DNA of 64,000 nucleotides from Lama guanicoe (Eukaryota), in NCBI GenBank assembly GCA_013239625.1, contig MU053594.1, forward strand, positions 274,355 to 338,354, in the 5' to 3' direction. Position 1 is the first letter of the stretch. Each line of letters starts with the position of its first letter. Shown piece by piece: positions 12,401 to 24,883 of this stretch. Below the pieces are notes generated by a model, which ran no database searches, was not told where the DNA came from, and saw only the letters and a program-made list of their open reading frames with translations. The translations under genes were made by a program, and so were the position numbers.

Positions 12401-13769
12401 TAGCACAGCTGCTGGTGCACAGCCGACTGGCCTCACTGCTGGGACACACAAGTGATCCTACAGGTCCAGAGGTGGGACTGAGGCCAGATGTCTCGGGAAA
12501 GGGGCCCCAGGCTGCCTGTTCTTTCTTGGGTCCCCAGCTTCAGGCAGGTGTGCTCTGTATAAAGCGATCTCTCCAAGGCAGAGAGGGAGCAGTACGTGAG
12601 GAATCAGCATTCTGGCTTCTTCCTCCGCACCACTCCCTGTCCCATGCGCTGGTGGTGGAGGTGGATGTCGCTGTGAGTAGGGGAAGGGATTTAACAGAGA
12701 CCCACATCTGCCAGGTGTGTCCCCAAAGCCCCCTTCAGGTGTGACTTCTAAGAGCTGTCCCCCGCCTCCTGCCGCCCTCTCTTCAGCCACTTTGGTGTCC
12801 CCTCCTGCTCTGCTGTCTTCCCCACAGCCTCAGGGGCTGCCGGAGCAGGACCAGCTGGGGACTGCAGCCCCCGCTGCTGGCCTGCCCTACCCCCCCAGCT
12901 CCAACCAGAAATGCCACCAGGACCTTAGAGTCATCCACACCCGGGTGCCTGAGCGATGCCCCTCAGAAGCTGGCAGAGGAGGGGAAGGCTAGGTGGATGG
13001 ACTCATCCTGTTTCAATCACCCCATTTGGTAGTCATCCAACATGACTCCACAGAAGGAAGAACTTCCTAGCAATCGGAGCCGTTTGAAAGCCAGCAGATG
13101 CCTTCTGAGCTCCGGGGCACTGAGGTGTTTAATCAACAGAGGTGGGGCAAGCACTTGTTTGAGGTGCTGTGCAAAACCTCAGAAGCCAGCAGGGTTTGGA
13201 GGATTTCACCTCCGCTAATCTTGCAGCTTCCTTCCGTCCCCTGAGATTAGAGGAGTCCAGACTCAGGAGATCCTGGGTCTCATGAGTATGCCTGGCCCCT
13301 CTCCTCTCCCTACACCTTTCCCTTCCTCTCCTCCTCCCTCCCCTCCCATCTCTGTCCCATCCCCCCCTCCCGTCCCATCCCATCCCCTCCCCTCCCTGAG
13401 GCCTCCTAGAGTCCAGTCCCATCCCATCCTGACTCCTCTGAGATGGAGTCTTTCCAGGAAGGGTAAGTCCGGTCCCAGGAAACGCGGGTGGGGGAGGGGC
13501 TGGTCGGCTCACCTGCCGGTACCAGATGTAGGTGGTCAGTACCTGATTCTTCTCATCCTGTGGAAGGAAAGGGTGCTCAGCACAGGTGGCCCTGCGGGCT
13601 GGGGGCCCACCTTGCACACACCAACCCCAACAGGAGTTGCTGCTCAGTGTCCCTGTTTCCTTGGGAAGTAAGAGTGATGAAATGGGGCGGGGAAAAGACG
13701 CCAACCGGAAAACCTGGTCTTTAATAGGACACACCTAGAAAGAAGTTCAAGTTTTTTTTAAACTCATAT

Positions 13770-13805
<36 letters not shown>

Positions 13806-16800
13806 ATAGAAGACATATGTGACAATATCATATAGATACATGTCTGTACATTTATACATCTCTCTATCCAGATAGATGTCTCTCTCCTGCCTTAGTATGA
13901 AGTCAAGCTGTGCAAAACCACATAGAGTGAAAAATTCATCACTCTCCCTCCCTCCATCCAATTCCCAATCTCCCTTCCCAAAACAGCCACATTGTAGTAA
14001 ACTGTCAAGGTCAGTTTCACCCACCCTCCCCCAGCACAGTGCCCAGCATCTCTGCAACTGCCTTCTTGTTTACCTCTGCCCAGTGTCCGACCTCCTCTGC
14101 TGGACAGTGCACCCCACCCTACTCCAGTAATTGATTAATTGACTTATTTATCATTCATTCTTCAACAGCAATTTAGTTAACACCCGCCATGTACCAGGGA
14201 TGTGTGCAAGACAGCAAGGGCGTAAGTGGATCGGACAGTCTGAGCCCTCACGCAGCTCCCACCGCAGAATCAATGTGTGACCAACCACCTGCCGGGAGTG
14301 ACCCACTGGCTGTAGGGCGTGGGAGAGGCAGCCACGCAGGTGAGCCGTTTTCTGGTTTGGGCAGCTGTCCTGAGCCGTGCCAGACCACAGGTATTGTGGG
14401 CAGTTGAATGCCCACTGTGCTGCCGAGGGGTGACTTGGTCTCACGTGGTCTCCCACCCGGGCAGCAGGGCGGAGCGCTCACCACATTGAGGATGGCGTAG
14501 ACGATGACGTCGATGGACACGGTGGTCGGCTTCCTCCAGTCCCGCACCGGCCGCACGCCCTTCTTGTAGTCGGCCAGAAGGTGATCTGATAGCCTCAGCA
14601 GAGCGGGCCTGGAGGAGTTCCGGGCCGGGAGGCCCCTGCCGTGCCTGGCTGGGAAGGAGAGCAGTTCCAAGTGGATGGTGGGGCCTGAGCCTTCCCCACG
14701 TCTCCTGCCCTGGTTTGAAAGCTGTTCAAAGGAAAGCAACCCTAGCGTTCCCCCCTCCCCAGATGCCCACACACCCCCACAGGATGAAATCCTCATCACT
14801 GGAGCATTTGTCTGGAGAGATTCCTGCCAAAATCCAAAGGGATTGTCTGGAAAGGGGAACAGAGGTGCCCGTTTCCATGAGAAGGGCAGCCGGGCGGTAG
14901 AGCAGCTGACATGAGACAGGCGAGGTCTAAAGCAGGCTGAGAACTGAGACAGGTTGAGAGTAGCTACCTGCCCAGAGGAGGCGGGCCCGTGGGAGATAAC
15001 GGGAAGTTGGCCCTGGGACGTGACGCCGGGAGGTGCGAGGTCTGCAGGAAAGCACAGCCCCGCGCACACAGTTTCTAAGCCCAGTGGGCTGCCGAGGGTG
15101 AGCCGCGGCCAAGGTCAGAGCTCCGCACCCGCCCAGCTCCTCGCCATCCTCTTGACCCCAGCCCGCAACTGACAAAGAGGGAGGGGCGGGCCTCCAGTGA
15201 GAACAGACGCCCCCACTCCGATCTGCAGATTGCAGCCCCAGAAGATCCTCGCCCCCTCTCCACGCTCCCACCAGCTCTGGGGGACGGTTGGGCCGGCCTC
15301 CTCTGTGGGCCAATTTGATGGGGTTAGGAAGAGGGCTGGGGCGAGGTGTGTAGGAAGCGAGGAGAAGCCAGACTGTCCCCAGAGCCGGAGGCCCAACCCA
15401 ACTCCGAGGCCCAGCCCCTCTCTGGGGGAATTTCGCCCGCACCTCAGGGGTCCCTCTGGGAAACAGTATGGGTGCTTCCTGAAAGATGCCAGAAACATGG
15501 TGGTAAAAGAGGGCGGGGAAGGGGAGCGGCGGGGGGACCAGGGTACAGGCTGCGAGGCCATCAGGGGCTGGCAGCGTGAGACAGACCCTGGGCCCAGCAG
15601 GCCTGAATTCTCGAAACAAAGCTGCCTCTTTGATGGTGTCCATCACCTGTGCAACCTGAATAGCAAATTGGCCCCGCCCCTCACCCACCTGCCCCCGATA
15701 ACCTTCCAGCTTCCCTCAGAAAGACAGAGAAGAGCAGAGAGAGAGGAAGACAAGAAGCTGTTTACTGCATGTCTGTCTTGGAATATTATCAGTGAACATA
15801 TGGCTCATTTCAGTTTCAGAAAAGCCCACTGCAGTGGCTTTCATGACAGTCCCCACTTTACAGACAAAGACCCCCAAAGTTCAGAAAGTACTATGTCCTA
15901 TGAATAAGGGGAGTGAGATTTGAAGCCGGGTCCCTGTGTGTTTTCACTACCCCAGCAACAGCCCAGCAACAGTCCTGTTGTCTGGGACTCTTACCAGCTT
16001 GGAGAGAGCCAGACCGGGCCCTGCGGGCCTCAGAGCCAAAGGCCATTGCTGGGAGGGGCAGAGCTTCTCCCCAGACAACGAAGCCCCAGACCACAGTCAT
16101 AACTTGCAGCCTCGGCCTCCCTGTCGCACTGAGTTTCCCTAAGCGACAGCTCGGAGGGGGAAGAAAGCCTTGTGCCCAACAGCCGTTCAGATCTGTCCAG
16201 TTAAGCACATCCTAACTGTGCCCCAGGCCCAACTTTAACTCAGCTCTGGACGGAAAGAAAACCTCCCCAAATGGGGACTGAACATTGTCTGAAGCTAAAG
16301 GAAACAGATCCTTTTGTGCCTAAAACACCCTGTATCCATGGGAGGCAGGAAAGGATGGGTGGGGGAAGGCAGAGAGAAGTTTGGTGTTATTGGAGTTTAG
16401 CCCCGGAAGGGAACTTAGAAGAGGAAGGCCCAGGCAACTTGTGCAATGAAAGCAGTGGAGTTGAGGAAAGATGACCACGTTAGTTCTGGCCTCCACACGA
16501 CTGCTAATGAGCTGTGTGACCTTGAGTGAATTACTCCGCCTCTCTGGACCACAGCATTCCCACTTATAACAAGAAAGGGTGGACCAAATGAGCTCCAAGT
16601 TCCCTTGCAGCTGCCATCTGATGGGTCTGGGGGCAGGGCAAAGAGGAGAGGAGCCCCTCTCTGGTGCCTGTCTAAGCGTTTCCCACATCGCAGGCTGCTG
16701 CTCTGAGCCCCTCGCTGCAAGCCCTGTTCTCCCCTGTACTCATCCTCTCCAACTTGCCAGCTGGACCCCAGTGCCTTAAAATTTTCTCATGCTCCTATGT

Positions 16801-17005
16801 AGTAGGATCCCTGACTCTCCAGCAGCCTCACCCACTCCCAAAGCCCCCTTGCCTCAACTCTTGGAGGAACCGAGCATCCGCTACCCAGCCTCCGTAGCCA
16901 CCAGCCAGGTCCCATGTGCTTCCCCACGGTCCCCTTACCTTCTCCCGGCGCCAGGAGCGTGGGCAGAAGCAAGGCGAGCAGCGCCCACGGCGCCCACGGC
17001 AGCAT
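6131..17005 (-). CDS. HTR3A: 5-hydroxytryptamine receptor 3A, whole spliced CDS span (9 exons, 1452 nt, 483 aa)
   Basis: Exons of 67,167,45,110,170,161,211,222,299 nt join in frame at GT-AG boundaries. The product has a signal peptide, WVPDILINEF, Cys-loop [15 protein letters not shown], M1-M4 and C-terminal WSIWQYS. Confidence 0.98.
6720..6910 (-). mobile_element. MIR SINE
   Basis: atgaagatgctaaagctcagagaagttaagtgactaacctggggtgacacagct core. Confidence 0.6.
7830..8051 (-). CDS. HTR3A: HTR3A exon 8 (M3, start of intracellular loop)
   Basis: GVYFVVCMALLVISLAETILIVRLVHKQDLQRPVPAWLRHLVL...DDCS; 222 nt. Confidence 0.97.
8160..8370 (-). CDS. HTR3A: HTR3A exon 7 (M1, M2)
   Basis: VVIRRRPLFYAVSLLLPSIFL...GERVSFKITLLLGYSVFLIIVSDTLPATAIGTPLI; 211 nt. 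Confidence 0.98.
8705..8865 (-). CDS. HTR3A: HTR3A exon 6 (loops F and C)
   Basis: QDINISLLRLPETVKSDRSVFMNQGEWELLG...YAEMKFY; 161 nt. Confidence 0.97.
9280..9339 (-). mobile_element. tRNA-Ala-derived SINE fragment
   Basis: Reverse complement gtgcttagcatgcacaaggtactgggttcaatctccagcacctccattaaaaaaataaa. Confidence 0.7.
9480..9770 (-). mobile_element. L2 LINE fragment
   Basis: gggaagccactgagggttttaagcagagtgacatgatcaggtctgcatttt L2 signature. Confidence 0.65.
10035..10204 (-). CDS. HTR3A: HTR3A exon 5 (loop E, Cys-loop, loop B W183)
   Basis: VDVGKSPYIPYVYV...[25 protein letters not shown]; 170 nt; donor A|GTGAGT. Confidence 0.97.
11364..11473 (-). CDS. HTR3A: HTR3A exon 4 (FWTDEFLQWNPEDFDNITKLSIPTDSIWVPDILINE)
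   Basis: 110 nt; acceptor ctcccctAG, donor TT|GTGTCT; translated by hand (not in the ORF track). Confidence 0.95.
11850..12420 (+). mobile_element. L2 LINE fragment
   Basis: taaaatgtaaatttgatcgtgtcactcccttgcttaaaa...tgtgagctcattgtgggcagagcc...cttagcacag. Confidence 0.6.
13513..13557 (-). CDS. HTR3A: HTR3A exon 3 (DEKNQVLTTYIWYRQ, loop D)
   Basis: 45 nt Cys-loop-family exon with AG/GT boundaries. Confidence 0.97.
13773..13802. repeat. (TA)n microsatellite
   Basis: Direct read. Confidence 0.9.
14482..14648 (-). CDS. HTR3A: HTR3A exon 2 (ARHGRGLPARNSSRPALLRLSDHLLADYKKGVRPVRDWRKPTTVSIDVIVYAILNV)
   Basis: Acceptor tccttcccAG, donor GTG|GTGAGC; 167 nt. Confidence 0.95.
16939..17005 (-). CDS. 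HTR3A: HTR3A coding exon 1 (signal peptide MLPWAPWALLALLLPTLLAPGE)
   Basis: gccATG start; donor AG|GTAAGG at 16938; 67 nt, phase 1. Confidence 0.95.
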
Positions 17006-17045
17006 GGCGAGCTTCCCGCCGGGCGGGGGTGCCTCTGAGTAGCCT

Positions 17046-17096
17046 TCAGGGTGAGCCCTGCTGAGGACCAGCCGGCTCACTCTCTGCCAGCCGCAT
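17046..17096 (-). promoter_or_regulatory. Upstream ORF in HTR3A 5'UTR (MRLAESEPAGPQQGSP*, 16 aa)
   Basis: ATG at 17096 to TGA at 17046, ending 40 nt before the main ATG. Confidence 0.75.
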
Positions 17097-17178
17097 GTCC
17101 CCTCCAGCCTGCCTCTCTGGGCTGGCTGCTCCCCGCACCTTCCGAGGCTGCAGCCTCCCACTGCCCGGGCCACCAGGG

Positions 17179-17193
17179 CTGGGAAGCTGCCAA
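17179..17193. promoter_or_regulatory. NFI-type site in HTR3A proximal promoter
   Basis: cTGGgaagctGCCAA fits TGG-N6-GCCAA, about 175 nt upstream of the ATG. Confidence 0.45.
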
Positions 17194-17886
17194 GTTTTCC
17201 TGCAATCAGTGCTTCAGCTGGATCAGGTTTCAGGGTGGGAGGGAAGGGGAGGGAGCCAGTGAGAGGGGAGCCCGCCAGACTGATGTCATGTGGTTGGAGC
17301 CCAGTCCACGCATTTGGCCAGGTGGCCCGGCCAAGTTCCCCAAGGAGTGACTTGGGGACAGGGGGCTGCAGAAGCCCCCGGAGCGAGGATGCAGCCTGTC
17401 TGCTGGAAGGTGTTCCAGGATGCTGCCTTCATTTATGTCCGCTGGTAGCACTGGGCTGGGGCAGGGTGGGGTGAGAGAGGAGAAGCAGGATCTCCATCCT
17501 CTTACTGCACGGGTGACACAGTGTCCCAGCTAAGAGGGTGACAGGACGTCTGCAGATAGAGGAAGGGGACCTGGGGTTCCCACATCTGCCTAAATTTTCA
17601 TATTTAAATATGTAAGTAATTCTACACATGTATACGTAGAATTTTATATATACATACATATTTATTTATTTTAATATGCACAGTAAGTACATGTTATAAA
17701 AATATAATAGTAAGACATACTCACTGTAGAAATACATGAAGAAAAGTTAAAGTCATCCATAAGCATACTTACTGCCAGAGACAGCAGTAATAATATTACT
17801 ATTATTTAATATTAATTAATATTTAATATTTTGGTGTATATTTTTCTATAATTTCCTTCGGTAACAGGTATACAATGAAGTAAATA

Positions 17887-17889
<3 letters not shown>

Positions 17890-17922
<33 letters not shown>
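17890..17922. repeat. (TA)n microsatellite in an AT-rich patch 0.9 kb upstream of the HTR3A ATG
   Basis: Direct read. Confidence 0.9.
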
Positions 17923-17926
<4 letters not shown>

Positions 17927-19299
17927 TTGTTTCCTGATATATTTTTGTGGCTTAATATCATTTCATGAGCAGCCTCAGCACTTTCTTTTAAATGCTTGTT
18001 TTCTTAAGACATGTTTCTTTTTCCCTTGTAAGTTAAATACGCAGTTATCTAGCCCTCAGATCCTCAACTGCGTGCCACCAAAATTGTCTGAGAAAAGAGC
18101 CGCTGGGAGTTTCTGTTTTGAGTCCTGCGCCCACTTCACCATCTGAGTAGATGTGGACTTTTTCACCTCAAGTGTGTTAAAGGCAAGATGGACCTGCATC
18201 TGTCATGGCAACTTCAACCACAAAACGTTTTCATTCCTTTTAATCCTCTTCCAGTTGAATTTAAATGTGGAGTAAGCTGAGGACACTGTAGGAAGGAAGA
18301 ATTTTCTGATTGTAGTTAAGTTAAAAAAAAAATCACCTTGGTTGGGGTGAGTCCTTTTTGGTTCTGTCTGGATTTTTCCTCTTATTCATGGGCATGATGA
18401 AATCTGCGTGCAGCATCGCACCTGTCACAGGTGGCGTCCCTTTATGTGTCTATCAGCAGAGTTTGGCTCTGGGATGTCCAATCAAGCTCGAGGAGGTTGG
18501 GCTACCCCTTCTCTTAAGTCATGTGCGTCCTCACTGCACAATCCAGAGAAACGAGGAAAATCATTTCCATGAATTCCTCCTGCAGGGGATGGTGATGAGG
18601 ATAAGTAAGAGGGGGAATAGGAGAAAAGATGTGGCCGTGAACTTCTAGGGAATTTAAAGAGCCAGACTGAATGCGCTCCCACCCTCGGAATGAATGCACT
18701 CGGATTCCGGGCTCGACAGCCCCACAAGGCGAGGCCAGCAGAACCAGGCTGCCCCAGGGCCTCTAGCTGAGGTCTCAGAGAGACTCAAACTCGGGGGTGG
18801 GGGCTACCTGAGGATTCTACCTGCATCCTCAAGTCCAACATCTGGAGTGATAAGCCAAGCCTCTTAGGCTCCTGCAGATTTCTAGAAGGATTTCTCCTCT
18901 TGCTTCTGTGCATGATGAAGTCTGCATATGACATTATACCATCTATTGATGGGGTCCCTTCATGTAGCTGTTAGCCAGGGCTTGATCTTCGGAAGTAACA
19001 AACCCACCTGTGGTTTTCATTATAGTTGTTACATCATTAAAGAGCAAATAGACATTTACCTGCTCCCCGCAACACACCTTAACCCCTGCCCCCAAATGCC
19101 CCCTTCTGTATCCTTGGGGCTCCTTGTGTGCATCCGTGAGGCACCCCCTCAACCCCGTCTCTTGCTCCAAGCCCAGGCTAGCGTGGCCTGGAACCCATTC
19201 TTTCCACAGAGCCGAGCCCTCCGGAGACAGCCAGCCAGGGGGAAGCACCTGACATTGAACTTGTTCTGAAAGGGGCATTGCAAAAGCACAAGGAAAGAC

Positions 19300-19545
19300 G
19301 GACAAGGGGAGGATGAAGAGAAGCAGGAGGTAAAGCTATAGAAAGGGCAGACCTGGAGAAGGAGAAAGGGGAGAGGTTAAAAATAAATAAATAAAAGGAA
19401 GAAGAAAGGGAGGATGAGAAAAGCAGGAAAAATTGGTAAGAAACTGAGAACGGAGAGGAAAATAGATGTAACAGGCAAGGAGGGAGGGGGACAAAGAAGA
19501 GGACAAGAGAAGGAGGAAAAGAAGAGAGGAGAGAGGAGGAAGGAT
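19300..19545. repeat. Purine-rich low-complexity tract
   Basis: Predominantly A/G on the + strand. Confidence 0.7.
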
Positions 19546-22500
19546 GCCGCGGGGGCGGCAGGAAGGGGCTGAGCCATGAGCCCCCGGGTGGGCTGAGTGT
19601 GGGATTCTGGGAGCGGGGCTCTCCACACTGGGCAGCACACCATCTCGGGGCCAGTGGGAAAGCCTGGAGACCCTGTCCCACGGGCCCCAAGCTTTCATTT
19701 CTGCAGTGATCCCCTGGAACCCTCTGAGACTGCCCAACTGTGTTAGGGAGGAAAGAGGATGTCTTCTGTACAGCGTGTGCATTAGAGAATTAGCTTCTTA
19801 GGTAACAGGATTAGAGCGAGCAGGGCGGGCCACGGCCCCGAATGGAGATGTATTGCCTGTGCGCCTCCCTGATGGAGCAGCAATCAAGTTTCCCCTGAAG
19901 AAATTTCCTATTAATGGATTTGATGGCACAACAGACAACGGGAGTTGGAGCCGTGGCCGGTGGCGGGGTGTAAATTGCCTCCGATAAACCTGTGGAGTCA
20001 CTTTTGCCCCTTTTAAACAAGATCAGAATTAGTGTGAGGCCTTGATAAACTCTCCCTGGCCAGTGGGGATGAGGGAAAAGCAGGGGCCTGGCTAATTTGA
20101 TTCCTGAGCTCTGCCTGCAGACGGCCGGGCTCCTCCCAGGGAGCCGAGGCAGACACGCAGATGGCAGCCGTCCAGCGTGGGTAATGAAAAGCTCTGAGGC
20201 TGCAGGACCCGCAGGCCCGGGCCGTCCTCTGTGCCAGCTGCTGCCTGCACCGTGGGAAGGGGGACAACACTCACACGTGGGCCTGGAGTTTTCCACCCGC
20301 TCGGGATGCACGACATATTCCTTCTCTTGCTCCCATTTTTCAGATTGAAACACAGCTCAGACAGCCTCCAGGACTTGCCTCAATTCCCAAAGCAAGTTGT
20401 GGATGGAGCTGAGATCCCCCAGGATCCTGGCTCCGGCCTCTTCCATCACAACTGTTCTTCCCATCTTCTCCAGTAGATTTTTACTGGTCTGTAAAACCTT
20501 TACCACCAGAGAGCCGGAACTTTTAGAACCTATAAACCTACAAAAATTCTGCAAGCTGCAGTACATCTGGCCCCACTCGCGGCCCGCCTGCTGGAGAAGG
20601 GCTGGGGGAGGCGAATGGTTTGTCATCATGGTGCTAAGTGGGAGATACAGCTTCATCCTCCCCCATCACCTTGAGGAGAGGGACCCATGCAGCCCCAGTG
20701 GTTGGACACCCAGGCTTGGTGCTGGCTCACGGAGTCCCCATGAGCCCCACCTCTCTGCCCTGGGGTGGCACAGGGAGACTGGTGCAGCCTTTCCACCACC
20801 CATTTCCAGGGACCTGACACACCAGGGCATCGAGGTTGAACAACTTAGGGGTTGTCTACTCGTGGTGCGGCTGGAAGCCAGATGGACACGGAAAGATGCC
20901 TGGCTCAGTTTTCCTAGCTCCCCTGCAGCAGCAGTGGCCTTCATAGGGAGGAGAGAAGAGGAAGCGTGTCCTCATACATTGCAGGGTCTCTTCCCTCCTG
21001 GTCCTTCTTTCCATGATGTCCCGTCAAGTCCCATCGTGACCTGTTCTCTATCAAGGCCCTGGTCTTAGGAGTGGCCTGGTTCCACACCACTCCACCAACA
21101 GTACCTGTTATTTATCAAGCATACTGGGTCCTCGGCCCTGTGCTAAGCTCTTTATCATATTTAATCTTTACTTCCGATGGAGAAGATCTTGGTCCCATAT
21201 CGCAGATGAGAAAATTGAGGCACAGAGAAATTAAGCAAGCTGACATAGCTGATAAGCGGAGAGTGTGGTATTAAGTCTTACAGACTCAAAAGCCTGGGCT
21301 TTTGACCGTGTGGTTGCACTGAGTCTCAGAGCATCTCTTGGATTTAGATCCAGGCTGATTGGACTCTGGCTCCAATCCCGGGAAAGGATGTGGTCTTTGT
21401 TCTTGCCTTGACTGGTTTTGTTGAGACGGTAGGCTCATTGGGCTGGCCCGACATAAGCCTGCTAATTAAAGATACTTTTATTGAAGAGTGTTGTACATAA
21501 GAATATATGATCACTTAATGGGCTGTGTACTATTTTCCCCAGTACAAAGTGGCCCCAGAAATACCACACTGCAGCATCCTAGCCCCAGCAGGGCCAGTTT
21601 CTGCAAATGTCGGGTGTGGGCTGCTCAGTACATGTGGGACTGGTGACCTCTGCAGCCCCTCCTCATGGTCTGGAAGTGATGCTAGAGTTTTGGGAGCCTA
21701 ATGTTATTCTGTAGAGTCTGGGTGCCTGGGGTGGGGCTTCATAAGAACGGTAGGGTTATTTCTTGGCTCCTGCTACCCGGGAAAGAGGCTTTTCCTAGTC
21801 CTCCAGCCAGACAGGACAGAGGTTCTAAAGTAAGGGACACGGTGAGGCCAGGCCTTCCCAGGGCTGGTGATGAGTCATTCGTCCACCTGGTCACCCCAGA
21901 CCAGAGCTAGACCTGGGGACAGAAGGGCGTTTGGCTTAAAGTTTTCTCTAACTCAAGGGAATTACTGAATTCTAGGGAGGAAGGGACCAGAGAGGACCCC
22001 TTATTCCTGGTGAGTGGCCATTTGTCCATCTGGCCACCCCAGAACTGGACCCAGGAGCAGAAGACGCCTTGGCTTAAATTCCTCTTACTTGAATTCTAGT
22101 TCCCAGCAAGGAAGGGACTGGAGCGGTCATTTTTTCCATCCTCTTGCTTCTGGGACGATTAGTCTTAATATATTGTTATTAGTATTTTCTGGGAAATTTT
22201 TAAAGAAAGAAACATCACAAGCCCCTTTGGGATTTCAAAACCACGTTTCTCCTAATATCTAACTTTAAGTGCACTTGGTACAATTTGAATCATTTCCTTT
22301 CATCCTGTAGAAATGAGTCCCATCTCCCATCCATCCTCCCCATCATCTCCGAGAGGCAGTGAGAACACAGTGGTCATTTCTGGGCTCTTCCAGAGGAGAG
22401 AAAGCAGAGGCAGAGAATAGTACCATTGACCGACCTTTGTGAGCACCACCCGGATGACAGTGCGCCTTCACGCAGGTTGTCACTTCCCCTTTGAAATGCA

Positions 22501-23049
22501 TTGGTGCCCTCTGACATAGGTGACATTATCCCCACTTTATAAATGAAGAACTACAGCTCCGAGACGTTTAGTAACTTGCCCAACGCCATTCAGCTAATGG
22601 GTGGCCACACCTGCTTTGGAACCCTAAGCCAAGTGAGGGCAGCGCTCATGAAGAGCTTAGGCCGTCTTTGACCTTTTCCACAGAGGTGAGAAGCAAAGAG
22701 GAAGGAAACTCAACACGCTGTAATGGCTGCTGCCTCTAGGGGTGTGGGATGTGGGGCTAGAAACAGAATAGGCCTTGTGGGTGCTTGACCAAGTCCATGG
22801 AATGAATGGAAGGGGCAAAGCAATCTGGTGCGAGCTTCTCAATTTATCAGCGAGGAAAGTGCATCTCAGCAGGGCCGGGCAAGTCATCAAAACAGAGCTA
22901 ACTCCAGCTCAGGGAATTTCCCAGAGTCCGCTGCTGGAGTGTTTAGAGAACTTGCTTTGCTTTGTCTTTTTTCTTTTCGGGTCTGGCCTCGTAGCCCACC
23001 TGGCCCCTGTTCCTTCTCTGTCCCCACCTGCAACCCTCTTCCTGTGACC

Positions 23050-23470
23050 CTCCCCATTGTCCTGTCCACTCTGCCTTAGAACCTTTGCCTGAGGTCTTCC
23101 CTCTGCCCAGGGCACTCTCCTGTCAGATGCCTACTCAGCTAAATATGAGGTGCCCTCACCTCCTTCAAGTCTACCTAAATCTCACCTGCTCCATGAGGCC
23201 TACCTTGATACTCATTTCACACCCTCACCGGCCCTATCCGTCCCCAGCACACCTGATCCGGCTTACCTGCCCCACTTTTTTCCTTCTTCCCATGGCCCAT
23301 CACCTCCTAGTCTTCTACAGGATTGACTCATGTTGAGTCTTTATTCTCTGTCTCCACTGATAGACTGTCAGCTCCGCGAGGGCAGGGATCTTCTGGGGCT
23401 TTGTCTACTGATGTATCCCAAATACTATAACCATGCCTGGACCTAATAGGGGCTCAGTAAATATATGAAC
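23050..23470 (+). mobile_element. L2 LINE 3' end
   Basis: tagactgtcagctccgcgagggcagggatc...atgcctggacctaataggggctcagtaaatatatga. Confidence 0.7.
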
Positions 23471-24883
23471 ATATTCGTCTTGTCTTAAGCAACTAAGTGT
23501 GTGGTCATTTGTCACAGCAGCCATAGGAAGCTAATACACGATATTCCACAGACAGCACCCCTCCCAATCACCAGCACAAACCCTAGGTGTGTTTTCTCTC
23601 ATCACACAAAACCTCAGACCCTCACAGACCAACGCTGGGGCAGGAGGACCCTGCAAAGTCCCCGGTGATTGCAGCCCTGATAGCCTCGTGTTCCTCCTCC
23701 AGAGTGCTGTTCCCCATTAAGCCACCCTCTTCCTCCTCCTCTGGAACTTTCCAGATGCTTCCCAAAGGTCTTGCTGACCTGGAGGAGCTTCCCCGAGAGG
23801 GCTCCCTCAATCTTCCTGCTTCCGAGTATTTAGTCCTAATGAAGAGTCTTCCAAAAGTGGGCCGCACTTTGCACGTCTGCTGCCATCATCACATTTGCAC
23901 ACTTGCTGCAGCTGCTGATCGTCCCCCTGGAAAATTTCCTTCCCCTCCGGCTCCCCTGAAGGTGATTTCAGGCATGCACGTCCTCTCCAAATTCTATAGC
24001 TCAGCTTGTCAGTCCACCAAACAAAGGTTGAGGTGACCAGCCCCATTTACACTACGATGTTAAGGTTATTAGGAGGACTAAATTATGTCCAGGATGCAAA
24101 GTTCTCATCCACTGCGTGACATACATTCAGTGACCCACAGGTGGTAGCCACCAGTAATTGGCATCATTACCATCATCTTGATCACTCTCCGGAGTTTATT
24201 GTTACCTTATCCCTGCCTCATCTACAAAATGAGAGCTTTGAACAAGCTGCTCTAGTTCCCTTCCAAATTTGAGTGACTCCCCCCCAAACACACACACACA
24301 CATAAACACACACATCCTGTTGCTCAAAGAGGTAGTGCAGGGGACCCCAGACCTACAAAGCCACAGTGGCAAGCCTGCGTTCTGCTCAGCTACCCTCGGT
24401 GTCAAGTTCAGGGAGCAGGCAGAGTTCCATGGCAGCTGAAAGGGCAGAGGGCAGAGGGGGAGGGGGAAACGGGGCAAATGGCCGGAGGGACGAGGGGGCT
24501 GCAGGGAGACCTATGGGCCTGGAGTTTGGCCCCAGAGCCATCTCCTGTAGCCCTGGAAGCCGTGCCCCATAAAACCTAATGAGTGTTGGCAATCTCACCA
24601 GCTAGGAAGGTCTTAGAGATGGAGTGAGCTTTCATCCCTCCCCGGGACTGGGGCTGAGACACAGTGTCTGGGAGAATGGCCACTGGGTCACCTTAGGGAC
24701 CTGGGTGGGGATACAGCATCGGCTCCACTTGAGTGGTGCCTCTTCCCCGCACTGGCACCTCTGGGAAGCAGGGGACTTAGCGGTGACAGCAGCACAGCCC
24801 CACCCTGTCACTTGGGGTTCTACCCCTCCCCACCCTCAGCACCCAGTGCTTTGATACTAAATGGCAGCACGCACAAAATGCAC

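Noticed and set aside
14927..15907. Long overlapping ORFs (253 and 236 aa) in HTR3A intron 1
   Set aside because: GC-rich stop-poor sequence, Pro/Gly/Arg-biased with no recognisable domain
20397..21068. 223-aa intergenic ORF
   Set aside because: Non-ATG start, no family motifs, no supporting exon structure
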